From: Sulfurimonas sp.
Lineage (GTDB): Bacteria > Campylobacterota > Campylobacteria > Campylobacterales > Sulfurimonadaceae
Length of the DNA: 64,000 nucleotides
NCBI GenBank assembly: GCA_026996295.1
Contig: JALWLL010000064.1
Span: 14,097-78,096 of the forward strand
Reading direction: 5' to 3'
The notes beneath the pieces were generated by a model. It was not told where the DNA came from, ran no database searches, and saw nothing but the letters and a program-made list of their open reading frames with translations. Below, in pieces: positions 50,087-60,448 of this stretch. Each line of letters opens with the position of its first letter. The stretch's first letter is position 1. A program made the position numbers and the translations under genes.

Positions 50087-51336
50087 AAAGTTTTTCCTTC
50101 TAAATAGTTTATTCTGTTGATTGTAGAGCTTTTTGCATACTGGGCTTGTAAAAGTCCAAGTTTTGCATCAAGATACAGACTGATAGCATCAAGCACTTCT
50201 ATGTAGGTTGAAAGCCCCTCTTTGTAGCGTGCTTCTAAAAGTACTTTTGTCTCTTGGGATGCTTCAAGCTGTGCCTGTTTTGCCTGAAGTGTTTTTTCAT
50301 ATCTTTGAAGATCTATAAGTAGAGCCTCAAGTTCATTTTTCAGTGTCAACTTTTTGGAGTTGAGTGCCTCTTTTGTACTTTGCTCCTGGATCGCAGCTTG
50401 CTCAACTGTTGCAGAGGTGCGACCACCGCTATACAGAGGGATCTTTAGAGTGATTCCTATAAGGGAGGAGTCATACTCGTTGAGTGAGCCGATCTTGTTA
50501 TAAGAGGCTATAGCATCTATAGAGCCATAGTGAGAAGCTTTGGCGGATTTTTTATTTAGTGTGTTTATTTGTATGCTTTTTTGTAAACTTTGCAGTTGGA
50601 GATTGTTGTGCATAATTTCTTGAAGCAGATTGCCTGTGATCTGCAAAGAGTTGTTTGCAATAGTATCTTCCAGAAGAATATCTTCAGCGATATCCTGACC
50701 TATGTAGTTTGAGAGTCTTGTTTTGGCTTTAAAGAAGTCTGCCTGTGCAATGGCGAGATTATCCTTTGCCATATATACGGCGGAGAGGAAACGACTTGCA
50801 TCTGCCTTGGTCTTCATCCCTAAACGAACCTGTTCATTTGCTTGTTTATAAAGCTCTGTTTTGGCTTGAAGATCTTTTTCTCTTACCACTATGGCCTGTT
50901 GTTGAACAAGCATTAACTCATACTGAAGTTTTACATTGAATGCCATGAGTGCCTTGGCATCTTTTAGTGAGAGTTTTGCTATATCTTCTTCTATTTTGGA
51001 AGCGGCTATCTTGGACGTTGTTTTTGAAAAATCCCATATCTTTTGTTGCAGTGTCACTCCCACTTGCCAGCCGTCATCGTCAATGGTATGAAACACTCCA
51101 TTTAATGGCAGTACATAGGTTTTTTGAAAATCATACTCGGCAGAAGCTGTGATTTGTGGAAGGTAGTCTGCATTGGCGACTTTAGTACCTTTTGCACTTT
51201 TTTGAATTTGTAACATAAATGTTTTGATATCAGGGTGTGAAGTTGTGGCTTTTTCGATACACTCTTTGAGTGTAAGTGTTTGTGCCTGCAATGTTGTAAA
51301 AATAAATAATGCGATGAAAAAAATTTTCTTTGACAT
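50083..51336 (-). CDS. TolC-family outer-membrane efflux channel
   Basis: A signal peptide is followed by two OEP repeats with long coiled helices. It is the first gene of the four-gene efflux operon. Confidence 0.88.
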   Translation of the reverse strand: MSKKIFFIALFIFTTLQAQTLTLKECIEKATTSHPDIKTFMLQIQKSAKGTKVANADYLPQITASAEYDFQKTYVLPLNGVFHTIDDDGWQVGVTLQQKIWDFSKTTSKIAASKIEEDIAKLSLKDAKALMAFNVKLQYELMLVQQQAIVVREKDLQAKTELYKQANEQVRLGMKTKADASRFLSAVYMAKDNLAIAQADFFKAKTRLSNYIGQDIAEDILLEDTIANNSLQITGNLLQEIMHNNLQLQSLQKSIQINTLNKKSAKASHYGSIDAIASYNKIGSLNEYDSSLIGITLKIPLYSGGRTSATVEQAAIQEQSTKEALNSKKLTLKNELEALLIDLQRYEKTLQAKQAQLEASQETKVLLEARYKEGLSTYIEVLDAISLYLDAKLGLLQAQYAKSSTINRINYLEGKTL

Positions 51337-51420
51337 TCAAACTCCTTTTAGTATAGTACATGAATTACATATTATAACAAAGGGGTATTAGTGTATCGTT
51401 AAAATAAAAATGCTTTTATT

Positions 51421-52074
51421 TCATCTTTTTGCAAGACGGTAACCTATCCCTTTGATGGTGGTAATTGGAAGACCGATTTTTCTGAGTTTGTTTATATAGA
51501 CTCTTAAAGAGCCTTCGCTCATCTCCTTTCCTTGAGCTAAATGCTCAAAGATCAACTCTTTTTCCAAAGTATGCTCAAGGTTTTGAAAAAGCAGTTTTGT
51601 AATTTTAAGCTCATAAGGGGAGAGGGGTATAAACTTCTCTTTTTTATAGAGTTCATTACTCTCGATAACAAAACGAAAATCATTAACTTTGATCTCATTT
51701 GCATAAGTATGATATGCTTTTCTCAGAAGTGCATTGATGCGAATAAGAAGTTCATCAAAATCAAACGGTTTTTTTATATAATCATCTGCACCTACATCAA
51801 ACCCTTTTGAAAGGGAAGCAACATCAGTAAGTGCCGTTATAAAGATTGCGGGTGTTGTATCTGAGCTTTCTCGGAGTGCTTGTAAAAACTCGAAGCCATT
51901 TAAAAAAGGGACATTGACATCGAGTAAAAGAAGGTCAAAATGTTTGACAAATGTAGCATCTAAAGCTTTCTCTCCATCATCCACAAGCGTGACTTCAAAG
52001 TTTTCATCACTCAATAATTCAACCAATGTTTCAGATAATACTTCATCATCTTCAAGTAATAATATTTTTGCCAT
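51421..52074 (-). CDS. OmpR/PhoB-family response regulator with no adjacent kinase gene
   Basis: Motifs are KILLLEDDE, LLLLDVNVP, IKKPF and the winged-helix C-terminus TIKGIGYRL. It is a paralogue of the 25763..26419 regulator. Confidence 0.9.
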   Translation of the reverse strand: MAKILLLEDDEVLSETLVELLSDENFEVTLVDDGEKALDATFVKHFDLLLLDVNVPFLNGFEFLQALRESSDTTPAIFITALTDVASLSKGFDVGADDYIKKPFDFDELLIRINALLRKAYHTYANEIKVNDFRFVIESNELYKKEKFIPLSPYELKITKLLFQNLEHTLEKELIFEHLAQGKEMSEGSLRVYINKLRKIGLPITTIKGIGYRLAKR

Positions 52075-52127
52075 AAAGAGAGTATATAAAAAACTATGTT
52101 AGCGGAGTGTTAAAAGCTCTTATATTA

Positions 52128-52319
52128 CTAGTAGATCTCTTTGACACGTCCAACTTCACCGCTCATCAGACGAACTTTTATACCGTGAGGATGAGTGGCT
52201 GATTTTGTAAGAAGATCCCGAACTATGCCATCTGTAAGTCTGCCCGTATCCTGATCCTGTTTGAGCACGATTGCTACACTCATGCCGTGTTTGATGTTGG
52301 AGCGTTTTGTGCCATCCAT
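52128..52319 (-). CDS. YwbE-family small protein (DUF2196)
   Basis: VAIVLKQDQDTGRLTDGIVRDLLTKSATHPHGIKVRL matches the YwbE pattern. The ATG at 52319 lies 1 nt after the serS stop. Confidence 0.7.
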   Translation of the reverse strand: MDGTKRSNIKHGMSVAIVLKQDQDTGRLTDGIVRDLLTKSATHPHGIKVRLMSGEVGRVKEIY

Positions 52320-52320
52320 C

Positions 52321-53574
52321 TTAGTGCAACCCAAGGTATGGATGAAGCACTTTAGGGATATCTATACTCCCATCTTCATTTTGGAAGTTTTCCATAATTG
52401 CTACCATCGTACGTCCAACAGCCAAACTTGAACCGTTGAGCGTGTGAACGAGAGTGTTCTTTTTGCCATCTTTGAAGCGGATCTTTGCACGGCGTGCCTG
52501 AAAGTCTCTTGTGTTACTTACTGAAGAGATCTCACGGTAAGTGTTTTGCCCAGGAAGCCACACTTCCAAGTCAACGGTTTTTGCAGCAGAGAAACCAAGA
52601 TCACCTGTACAGAGTGTTACAAGGCGGTGTGGTAATTCAAGTGCTTTAAGAAGATCAGATGCACACTGCACCATTTCATCAAAAATTTTGTCACTTTCAT
52701 CTGGTTTGCTGATACTTACAAGTTCCACTTTATGAAACTGGTGTTGGCGGATCATACCACGTGTATCGCGTCCTGCTGCACCTGCTTCTTTCCTAAAACA
52801 TGAGGTGTAAGCTGTCATTTTTTTTGGAAGTGCATCTTCTGTAAGTATCTCATCTTGGTAAAGATTTGTTACAGGAACTTCAGCAGTGGGAATCAAAAAC
52901 ATCTCTTGAGAGTCTATTTTATAAAGGTCATCTTCAAATTTTGGAAGTTGTCCCGTCCCTTCAAGTGCTCTGCGGTTTACAAGAGCAGGAACACTCACTT
53001 CCTCAAATCCGCGTTCACGGTTAAAATCAAGCATAAAATTCACCAAAGCACGCTCAAGTCTAGCACCCATGCCAAAAGAGACACTAAATCTGGAAGTGGC
53101 CAGTTTCACACCACGTTCAAAGTCGATCCAGCCATTGTGCTCAGCAAGCTCCCAATGCTCTTTTGGAGTAAAAGAAAAAGTTGGAGGTGTGAGAACTTTT
53201 TTTATCTCTATATTGTCATCTTCATCTGCCCCGTCGGGAACATCGTCATCTGGCATATTTGGCACAGCCATAGCGATCTGCTCAAGCTCTTCTTGTTTGA
53301 CTCTTTGTACCTCAAGAGCTTCTGCAATTTTTACTTTATTTGCATCTACTTTCGCTTTGAGTTCAAAGATATCTTTGCCTTCACGTTTGTAGATACCAAA
53401 CTCTTTGCTCATTGCATTTTGGGCTGCCTGGAGCGTTTCAAAGTTTGTTTTTGCCGCTTTGAGTTCCTCAAATTTTTCTTTGAGTTGTACTATAAGCTCA
53501 GCATCGACACCTTTACGCATCAATTTTTTGCTTAAAGTTTCAAAATCTTTTTGTAGTAGTTTTAAATCTATCAT
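52321..53574 (-). CDS. serS: Seryl-tRNA synthetase
   Basis: The N-terminal coiled-coil arm is followed by class II motifs ([30 protein letters not shown]). Confidence 0.96.
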   Translation of the reverse strand: MIDLKLLQKDFETLSKKLMRKGVDAELIVQLKEKFEELKAAKTNFETLQAAQNAMSKEFGIYKREGKDIFELKAKVDANKVKIAEALEVQRVKQEELEQIAMAVPNMPDDDVPDGADEDDNIEIKKVLTPPTFSFTPKEHWELAEHNGWIDFERGVKLATSRFSVSFGMGARLERALVNFMLDFNRERGFEEVSVPALVNRRALEGTGQLPKFEDDLYKIDSQEMFLIPTAEVPVTNLYQDEILTEDALPKKMTAYTSCFRKEAGAAGRDTRGMIRQHQFHKVELVSISKPDESDKIFDEMVQCASDLLKALELPHRLVTLCTGDLGFSAAKTVDLEVWLPGQNTYREISSVSNTRDFQARRAKIRFKDGKKNTLVHTLNGSSLAVGRTMVAIMENFQNEDGSIDIPKVLHPYLGLH

Positions 53575-53708
53575 AAATTCTGTCCATAAAATAATTGCGA
53601 AATTATATCAAAATATACTAAGGATAAAGAGCTTATCTTTTTTTCTTTAATAAAATTTATTTTTTACTAATGAATTTAGCGTAAAATAAGGAAAGTATTT
53701 GAATATAT

Positions 53709-55793
53709 TTGATAAAATTTGTTATTAAATATAAACATAAAAAGTTCTTAAGTGATACAAGAACAACAAGGGTGTATGTGTCGTTAATAGATGAAAAACT
53801 CATTATTGATTCATTAGAGCAAAATATATTTGTAAAAGATACGAAACATAGGTATCTCTATGCTAATGAACGCCTCAAAAAGCTTTTCTCATCTGATGTG
53901 ATTGGCAAAAGTGACCATGATTTTTTTGCAAAAAAATTAGCAGAGAAACTTGAAGAAGATGAGAAGCGCGTGCTTGAGAAGAAGAGGGTCCTCGACACGA
54001 TAGAGACCATAGAGATCGCAGGCAACAGATGTGTGGTGCGAATGATCAAAAAGCCGCTGTATGATGGTGAGAAGCTCGTTGGACTACTCGGTATATTTTA
54101 CTTTTCAACACGCAAACACGATCTACTCATCAGAAGATGTGAACTTGATTCCAAAGTCCTTTCAAAAATCAGTGATGGTCTTTTAGTTACAGATAAAAAC
54201 AAAAAAATCTTAAAAATAAATGAAGCTTTTTCCAAGCTAAGTGGTTATTTTTTAGAAGATATTAAAGGGAAAAACCCGGAAGCTCTCGGTTCAGGATGGA
54301 ATGACGAACATTTTTATGAGAAGATGTGGGCTGAGGTTGAAGAGAGTGGGGAGTGGCAGGGTGAGATCACAGAACGTAAGAAAAACGGTGAAATTTACGC
54401 TTCTGAGTTGACGGTTATTGCTCTTTATGGTGATGATGAAGAGATCAGCAACTATGTCTTTATCGTGCATGATATTTCCAAGCGTAAAAAAGATGAAGAG
54501 CTTATACATAATCTTGCATATTTTGACTCTTTGACAAAACTTCCAAACCGTGTACTTTTTGAAGAGAGAGTCAACAGCAGTATCTCTTCACTCAAGCGTA
54601 GCCAAAAGAAAATGGCCATACTGTTTATGGATATGGATAACTTTAAAGATGTCAACGATAACTTTGGACATCTTATCGGAGACAAGTTTCTTATCAAGGT
54701 TTCTGAAAATATAAAAAAATTCTTACGTGAAAATGATACACTTGCAAGGCTTGGCGGTGATGAGTTCATCATTCTCTTAGATGAGATAGAAAATATTGCA
54801 GACATTGTTCCTATCGCCAACAGAATAGTGAACAGATTTAACAAAGCAGTAACGATAGAGGGACACAAACTCTACTCCGGTGTCAGCATAGGTATCAGTA
54901 TCTACCCTGATGATGCAACGAATTATGAAGATTTGCTCAATGCTTCCGATACGGCGATGTACCAAGTAAAAGATTCAGGGAAAAACGGGTTCCAGTTTTA
55001 TAAAAAATCGATGAATGAGAAAGCAACATACAGAATGTTGATGGAAAGAGATCTCAGAAGTGCTTTGCATAATGATGAGCTTTTTTTGGAGTATCAGCCT
55101 AAAGTAAATTTAGAGACCAATAAGGTTTATGGGATGGAAGCACTTATCAGGTGGAACCATAAAGAGTTTGGTCCCATAAAACCGGAAAAATTCATAAAAA
55201 TTGCAGAGTCAACAGGGCAGATATATGAGATCGGTCTATGGGTTTTCAAGCAGGCTGTCACAGATACGAAGTCTTTGCATGATGAGGGTACTCAGCTGAC
55301 AGTCTCCATAAATGTCTCTTCTAAACAGTTAGATAACAAAAGTTTTGTATATGATATCTGCAGGGTTGTAGAAGAGATAGGGCTTGATAAACAATATATA
55401 GAACTTGAGATCAATGAATGCAACATTATGCATAATATCAAAAATGCTACAAAAACCATCAAAGAGTTGTATGAGCGGGGGTATAAAATATCGATAGATG
55501 ATTTTGGAACAGGTTTCTCTTCGCTTAGTTATATCAAACAACTTCCGGCTCAAACCATAAAGATAGATCGTAGTTTTGTGCACGATTTTGATGTCAATGC
55601 AGATGATCGCTCAATCGTTGAGACCATCATTGCCATGGGCAAATTTATGGGTAAAGATATCGTAGCCGAAGGTTCAGAAACAAAAGAAAATATAGAAGCA
55701 TTGAAGTTCTTAAACTGTTACAAGGTGCAAGGGTACTATTTTAGTAAACCCTTACCTATAGAGATATTTAGAAAATATGTGCATTCATTTTAG
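53709..55793 (+). CDS. PAS-PAS-GGDEF-EAL cyclic-di-GMP signalling protein
   Basis: It has PAS blocks, an intact GGDEF (LARLGGDEFIIL) and an intact EAL domain (MEALIRW, DDFGTG, KIDRSF, EGSET). The TTG start is uncertain. Confidence 0.88.
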   Translation: MIKFVIKYKHKKFLSDTRTTRVYVSLIDEKLIIDSLEQNIFVKDTKHRYLYANERLKKLFSSDVIGKSDHDFFAKKLAEKLEEDEKRVLEKKRVLDTIETIEIAGNRCVVRMIKKPLYDGEKLVGLLGIFYFSTRKHDLLIRRCELDSKVLSKISDGLLVTDKNKKILKINEAFSKLSGYFLEDIKGKNPEALGSGWNDEHFYEKMWAEVEESGEWQGEITERKKNGEIYASELTVIALYGDDEEISNYVFIVHDISKRKKDEELIHNLAYFDSLTKLPNRVLFEERVNSSISSLKRSQKKMAILFMDMDNFKDVNDNFGHLIGDKFLIKVSENIKKFLRENDTLARLGGDEFIILLDEIENIADIVPIANRIVNRFNKAVTIEGHKLYSGVSIGISIYPDDATNYEDLLNASDTAMYQVKDSGKNGFQFYKKSMNEKATYRMLMERDLRSALHNDELFLEYQPKVNLETNKVYGMEALIRWNHKEFGPIKPEKFIKIAESTGQIYEIGLWVFKQAVTDTKSLHDEGTQLTVSINVSSKQLDNKSFVYDICRVVEEIGLDKQYIELEINECNIMHNIKNATKTIKELYERGYKISIDDFGTGFSSLSYIKQLPAQTIKIDRSFVHDFDVNADDRSIVETIIAMGKFMGKDIVAEGSETKENIEALKFLNCYKVQGYYFSKPLPIEIFRKYVHSF

Positions 55794-55796
55794 AGC

Positions 55797-56708
55797 TTAG
55801 ATCAAAATATCTTTTGCGATCTCGAACTGATTTGCCGTCATGAGGTGTATCTTTGGATGGAGTGCTTTGAGATCTTCAAACAGTTCTTTGGAGAGCTCAA
55901 ATCCTACTTTGTACTCCTCTTGAGGAGATCTTTCATGTGCGGCTCTAAGAAGCTCTATCCATCTGTTTGGCACATCTATACCCGGTACATGAGCGGAGAG
56001 GAACTGGGCTGTTCTAAGTTTTGTGATGGGAAAAACACCCAGTATCAGTTCTGCTTTTTTGTTCTCAGGGCAACACTCTTTGTTTGCGGCATCTCGAAGC
56101 TCTAAAAGTTTTTTGGCATTTTCGATATCATAAACGGGTTGGGTGATGATCCCTATTGCACCGTGTTTGATCTTTTTTTGTATCTTTTTTTGCAGTGTTT
56201 TGAAGTTTTTTGCATAAGAGTTTACAACCGCAAAAGGGTAGATCGGTTTTGGCTGTGTTTGAAACGGTTTTCCTGCATAGTTGATACCTGAATTAAAACA
56301 GGAGATGATATCCAAAAGCATGGAGCTGTCTGCCTCAAAAACACCTTTTGTGTGTGGCTGGTCACTCATGGTGGCTGGATCACCCGTAAGTGCAAGGATG
56401 GTACGTATATCCACTTCGTTGGCACCCAGAAGATCTGACTGCAGGGCGATTTTGTTTCTATCTCGCATACTCATAGTAGCAATGACCGGTTTTTGAAATC
56501 TGTCTTGGAGCATTTTTGCTCCAAAGAGTGCATTGTATTTGAGTTTTGCCAGTGGATTGTCCGTGGTTGAGAAGCCATCGACCAACTCATGAAGCCCCAG
56601 TTTTTCGATCTTATCTATAGTGGGAGTAAAAACAGGAGAGTGTCCGGGAGTTGTCTCTAGCGTTATATATGTATCGTTTTTGAGTTTATTTATAAGTGTA
56701 GCAAACAA
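55797..56708 (-). CDS. Methylenetetrahydrofolate reductase-family protein
   Basis: The TTG start follows TAGGAAT. ATMSMRDRNKIALQSDLLGA..ILALTGDP matches the MTHFR barrel pattern. Confidence 0.75.
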   Translation of the reverse strand: MFATLINKLKNDTYITLETTPGHSPVFTPTIDKIEKLGLHELVDGFSTTDNPLAKLKYNALFGAKMLQDRFQKPVIATMSMRDRNKIALQSDLLGANEVDIRTILALTGDPATMSDQPHTKGVFEADSSMLLDIISCFNSGINYAGKPFQTQPKPIYPFAVVNSYAKNFKTLQKKIQKKIKHGAIGIITQPVYDIENAKKLLELRDAANKECCPENKKAELILGVFPITKLRTAQFLSAHVPGIDVPNRWIELLRAAHERSPQEEYKVGFELSKELFEDLKALHPKIHLMTANQFEIAKDILI

Positions 56709-56762
56709 ATATATTCCTATTTAGATATAATTGCGACATTATAACAAAAGAGAGTAATAGAG

Positions 56763-57386
56763 ATGTTAAAACTAGCTGTTTTTGATTTTGATTCCACCCT
56801 TATGGATGGTGAGACAATAGATTTTTTTGCTGAGGAGCTTGGTATCGGTGATGAGGTAAGTCGCATCACCGAGGAGGCGATGAGTGGAAGACTCGACTTT
56901 TTTGAATCACTCCAACAAAGGGTAGGACTGCTCAAAGGTCTTGAGTATGAGGTAGTTGAGAAGATAAGCCATAACCTTCCATATATGCCGGGTGCACAAG
57001 AAACCATAGCGGAGCTTAAAAAGCGGGGGATGAAAGTTGTTTGCTTTAGCGGAGGCTTTAGAACAGCAACATCTTATGCCAAAGATATCCTTGGGTATGA
57101 TGCGGACTTCTCAAATGCTCTGCACCATAAAGATGGAAAACTGACGGGACTCGTAGGTGGTGACATGATGTTTAACTTCTCAAAAGGCGATATGCTTATA
57201 AGACTTCAAAATATTTTGGGTATCACTAAAGAGGAAACACTTGTTTGTGGTGATGGTGCAAATGACTTGAGTATGTTTGCTCATGCCGGTACTCGTGTAG
57301 CTTTTTGCGGACGTGATATTTTGAAAAAAGAAGCAAATATTGTTATTGAAACAAAAGATCTTTCACAGATCTTAGATAAAATTTAG
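56763..57386 (+). CDS. serB: Phosphoserine phosphatase (HAD family)
   Basis: HAD motif I is AVFDFDSTL, motif II is FSGG, and motif III/IV is GDGANDLSM. Confidence 0.88.
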   Translation: MLKLAVFDFDSTLMDGETIDFFAEELGIGDEVSRITEEAMSGRLDFFESLQQRVGLLKGLEYEVVEKISHNLPYMPGAQETIAELKKRGMKVVCFSGGFRTATSYAKDILGYDADFSNALHHKDGKLTGLVGGDMMFNFSKGDMLIRLQNILGITKEETLVCGDGANDLSMFAHAGTRVAFCGRDILKKEANIVIETKDLSQILDKI

Positions 57387-57394
57387 GAATTTTA

Positions 57395-57724
57395 ATGTTA
57401 GAAAAAACAGTGTGGAGACAATACCACGAAACAAACGATTTTAGAGAGATACTTGCAAATTTTTATGAAGTTGCGAGTACAGAGATCATCAATGATGATA
57501 AAGAACTTTATGGTGTACTAAAAGCAAAGTTGACAAAAAAAGAGCTGAAGCTTTTTGCCATGGACAGTGCCAAGGTGGATGATGCAACGATACAAAGTGA
57601 ATTTTCATATGATGATGAAGCTCTCGAAAAAGCAAAATTCAAACTCTATAAAAAACTTAAACAAGACAAACAGCGTTACTCGTTTCGCGCTGTGAGTAAC
57701 GCTACTTCTGAGGACTCTGAGTAG
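57395..57724 (+). CDS. Hypothetical small protein (possible sigma region-4-like HTH)
   Basis: An AGGAA RBS precedes the start. LTKKELKLFAMD..ATIQSEF....AKFKLYKKLKQ has the spacing of a region-4/LuxR-type HTH. The resemblance is weak. Confidence 0.45.
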   Translation: MLEKTVWRQYHETNDFREILANFYEVASTEIINDDKELYGVLKAKLTKKELKLFAMDSAKVDDATIQSEFSYDDEALEKAKFKLYKKLKQDKQRYSFRAVSNATSEDSE

Positions 57725-59474
57725 AGTCCATTAGAAGAATTTTAAAAGAAACTTTCCTTGAGTGTTTTTTATCTTCTGTGTTGTTATGCATCACTCGTTT
57801 TGAAAAGCTCAAGCCGCTTCCCTTAAAGAGAGTAGTTAAAAAACGTTGTGTTTGAGGATCTTGCTTTGCAAACATATAGCTTAGCACACTAAAGGCTCTT
57901 TGCATAGAGAGTTGCTCATTGTTGAGATATCGCTGTGTAAAGTTTGCATTTTTCCACTCACTTGAGGTATGACCATCTATCTCAAGTGCTTCTATATGCT
58001 CTTTATGTAATTGTAAAAAAGGTATCAGTTTACTTGAAAAATGCTTGAGAAATTTTTTTTGTGCTTGGGTGAGTTTATAGTGTGATTGTTCAAAGTAAAG
58101 CTCAGGCGCAATAAGCTCGATGCTGAGGTCTTTATGGAGTTGTATTTTGTGTGCATCGATCTCATCTTGAAACAATTTTGCAAGAAGTTCATACAAATGG
58201 CTTGGAAGTTGGGTACCAATGTGCTTGTTTGCGTCGGTAGTGTTGTGAAGTTGTGGTGTTTTTTGAGCAATGGTGCAATCATCGTTGAGTTTAAGTATCC
58301 ACATATTTGCTTCTTGTGAGTTTGCATCGGTATGAATACCTGCAACAGCGGCTTGGGAGTTGTTTAAAATACTTAAAGCATTGAAAGTATCATAGTTCTC
58401 ATCACCAAAGTGCTCTTGACACAGCATTTTCAAGGAGGCATCTACAACTATAAAAAGCCCATCCGTATTATAAGTGTCTTGAACAAAACCGACCCCGCCA
58501 ATACTGCCGTTTGAGTACTCTTTGATATCATTGAGAGTGCTTGCATAGGTTGTATTGAGTAGGGTGTCAATCAAAGTATTTTTAAAAAGATCGATCTTAA
58601 CAAGCCTGATTTGAGCTTTATCTATGGTGTTATTTTGCACAAGAGATACGAGAAAATTTCCATCACGCAGTTTGATGATTCTGTGTGCAGAGTGAAGATG
58701 TTTGTTGTGGAACTCTTTTGTCCAGATCTTATCCCCATCTTCTGTTACTCTTGTGATGCTTATAGTTTTGTCTTTGCCTTTATTTGTGTGCGATAAGATC
58801 AGAAGTGAGCCATCATCTGCTTCCACTGCATCAACCCCCGTATCATCAAACTGCGTACCGTATTTTTTGCTCCAAAGCATCCGTCCCTCTTTAGTAAATC
58901 TACTGATATAGATATCGTTGAGTCCCAAGCCGTTGTTAAAGAGGTTGTCACCATATTCACGAGAGGTGTATGAAGAGCCAACAGCTAGCACACCGCCATC
59001 TTTTAAGGGGGTGAGCTTCGCCATTTTACTGTAGTTTTTTGTTGCAAAGATTTTGGTAAAAATAACATTGGCATCAGAATCAAGTTGTAAAATAATCAGT
59101 TGCCCGTTGTTTGAATAGCCACCGATAAAGTAACCGCCGTTTGGAGTTTTCAGTACGCTGACAGCTTTATTAAGCTTGTTGAGTGCAAAGTTTTTATCGA
59201 GTGTGATGTGTGCGTTGCTGTCGAGTTTTACGATGTTGATATGCTCAGTATGTTTTGAGATACTCTCAAGGTAGCTGTAGGGATCATTATAAGCATGAGA
59301 AGCGTGCGTGGCATAATCGGTTGAGAAGCCGACAGCACTTATGTGTCTGTCATAGTCTTGTACTATGTCTGTGAGTTCGCTGTTGAAAGGTTTATGTATG
59401 ATCACTGAAAAATCGTTTGATTTTGCATAGGCCGCATGCAGGAGTAAAAATGTAAAGAGTATAAAATATCGCAT
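57702..59474 (-). CDS. Secreted repeat (beta-propeller-like) protein with a C-terminal OmpA/MotB-like domain
   Basis: The signal peptide is MRYFILFTFLLLHAAYA. At least five repeats follow the pattern DG..L..G.......D..I.K....G...W.K. The C-terminal EIDGHTSSEW...NEQLSMQRAFSVLSYM resembles the OmpA_C peptidoglycan-binding fold. Confidence 0.6.
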   Translation of the reverse strand: MRYFILFTFLLLHAAYAKSNDFSVIIHKPFNSELTDIVQDYDRHISAVGFSTDYATHASHAYNDPYSYLESISKHTEHINIVKLDSNAHITLDKNFALNKLNKAVSVLKTPNGGYFIGGYSNNGQLIILQLDSDANVIFTKIFATKNYSKMAKLTPLKDGGVLAVGSSYTSREYGDNLFNNGLGLNDIYISRFTKEGRMLWSKKYGTQFDDTGVDAVEADDGSLLILSHTNKGKDKTISITRVTEDGDKIWTKEFHNKHLHSAHRIIKLRDGNFLVSLVQNNTIDKAQIRLVKIDLFKNTLIDTLLNTTYASTLNDIKEYSNGSIGGVGFVQDTYNTDGLFIVVDASLKMLCQEHFGDENYDTFNALSILNNSQAAVAGIHTDANSQEANMWILKLNDDCTIAQKTPQLHNTTDANKHIGTQLPSHLYELLAKLFQDEIDAHKIQLHKDLSIELIAPELYFEQSHYKLTQAQKKFLKHFSSKLIPFLQLHKEHIEALEIDGHTSSEWKNANFTQRYLNNEQLSMQRAFSVLSYMFAKQDPQTQRFLTTLFKGSGLSFSKRVMHNNTEDKKHSRKVSFKILLMDSTQSPQK

Positions 59475-59590
59475 AAGATCACTTTTTAGCTATGTAATAG
59501 CAAAAAATATTCCTATTGTAAGGGTTTGTTGTTATTGTGTGTTTTGGAGATGCTTTTTTGGAAGTTATGGTGCAAAGCACCAAAGAAAAC

Positions 59591-59854
59591 CTATCTTAGG
59601 TTTTCAAAAGGTGCAGTTACAACTTGTTTACGAGTAACTGTATATGGAACTAGTGCTGCAGCACGAGCTCTTTTAATTACTGTAGCGATCATGTCTTGGT
59701 GACGTTTACAGTTACCTGTTAAACGGCGTGGCATGATTTTATATCTTTCTGAAAGAGAGAAACGTAAAGCTCCTACATCTTTATAATCCATGAAGTCAAC
59801 TTTTGCTTCACAATATTTACAATATCTTTTTTTGTATTTTCTTTTTTCTGACAT
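59591..59854 (-). CDS. rpsR: 30S ribosomal protein S18
   Basis: Contains [11 protein letters not shown] and [24 protein letters not shown]. Confidence 0.95.
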   Translation of the reverse strand: MSEKRKYKKRYCKYCEAKVDFMDYKDVGALRFSLSERYKIMPRRLTGNCKRHQDMIATVIKRARAAALVPYTVTRKQVVTAPFENLR

Positions 59855-59879
59855 GGTATTACCTCTTAATTATCTATTT

Positions 59880-60419
59880 CTAAAATGGAATTTCATCTTC
59901 ATCGATGTCAATTACAGGAACAGAGTTGCTACTTGGCATCTCACGACTTTGGTTTTGTGCCTGCTGGTTATAACTCGGCTGTTGATAGCTTTGTTGAGGC
60001 TGTTGATAACTTTGTTGCTGACCTTGCTGAGGAGGAACATAACCACCACCTTGATTTGCATCATTTGCAGGTGCATTCATAGAGTTTTGGCTGTCACTTC
60101 TTGAGTCTAACATCTGCATAGTTTCAACAGTCACTGAGTGCTTTGAGCGCTTTTGTCCGTTTTGATCAACCCACTGTTCAAAGTTAAGTCTCCCCTCAAC
60201 AAGGATCTTACTTCCTTTTCTAAGGTATTGGTTGGCAACCTCTGCACTACGTCCAAAGAATGTAATGTCAACGAAACATACTTCCTCTTTTTTTTCACCG
60301 TTACTGGTAAATTTACGGCTGGTAGCTATAGCTGTTTTTGCTATACCCATACCACCTTGAGAGTATCTAAGTTCGATATCGCGAGTTAAGTTTCCAACCA
60401 AAATAACTTTGTTATACAT
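59880..60419 (-). CDS. ssb: Single-stranded DNA-binding protein
   Basis: The OB fold begins MYNKVILVGNLTRDIELRY, followed by a Gln/Pro-rich linker and the acidic tip DEDEIPF. Confidence 0.96.
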   Translation of the reverse strand: MYNKVILVGNLTRDIELRYSQGGMGIAKTAIATSRKFTSNGEKKEEVCFVDITFFGRSAEVANQYLRKGSKILVEGRLNFEQWVDQNGQKRSKHSVTVETMQMLDSRSDSQNSMNAPANDANQGGGYVPPQQGQQQSYQQPQQSYQQPSYNQQAQNQSREMPSSNSVPVIDIDEDEIPF

Positions 60420-60448
60420 GAGTTTTCCTTAATTGTTTAAGCGTATGC

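Noticed and set aside
52855-53535. 226-aa ORF (plus a 107-aa ORF at 53069..53392) antisense to serS.
   Set aside because: It lies entirely inside the well-supported serS gene on the opposite strand. The product is Phe/Lys/Ile-rich and low-complexity, there is no RBS, and it matches no domain I recognise. This is the typical shadow ORF of an AT-rich genome.
59475-59590. Hairpin TGGTGCAAAGCACCA (59568-59582) downstream of rpsR as a rho-independent terminator.
   Set aside because: On the transcribed (minus) strand the stem is followed by TAACTTCCAAAAAAG rather than a U-run, so it does not fit the canonical intrinsic-terminator pattern. It could still be a processing or stability element.
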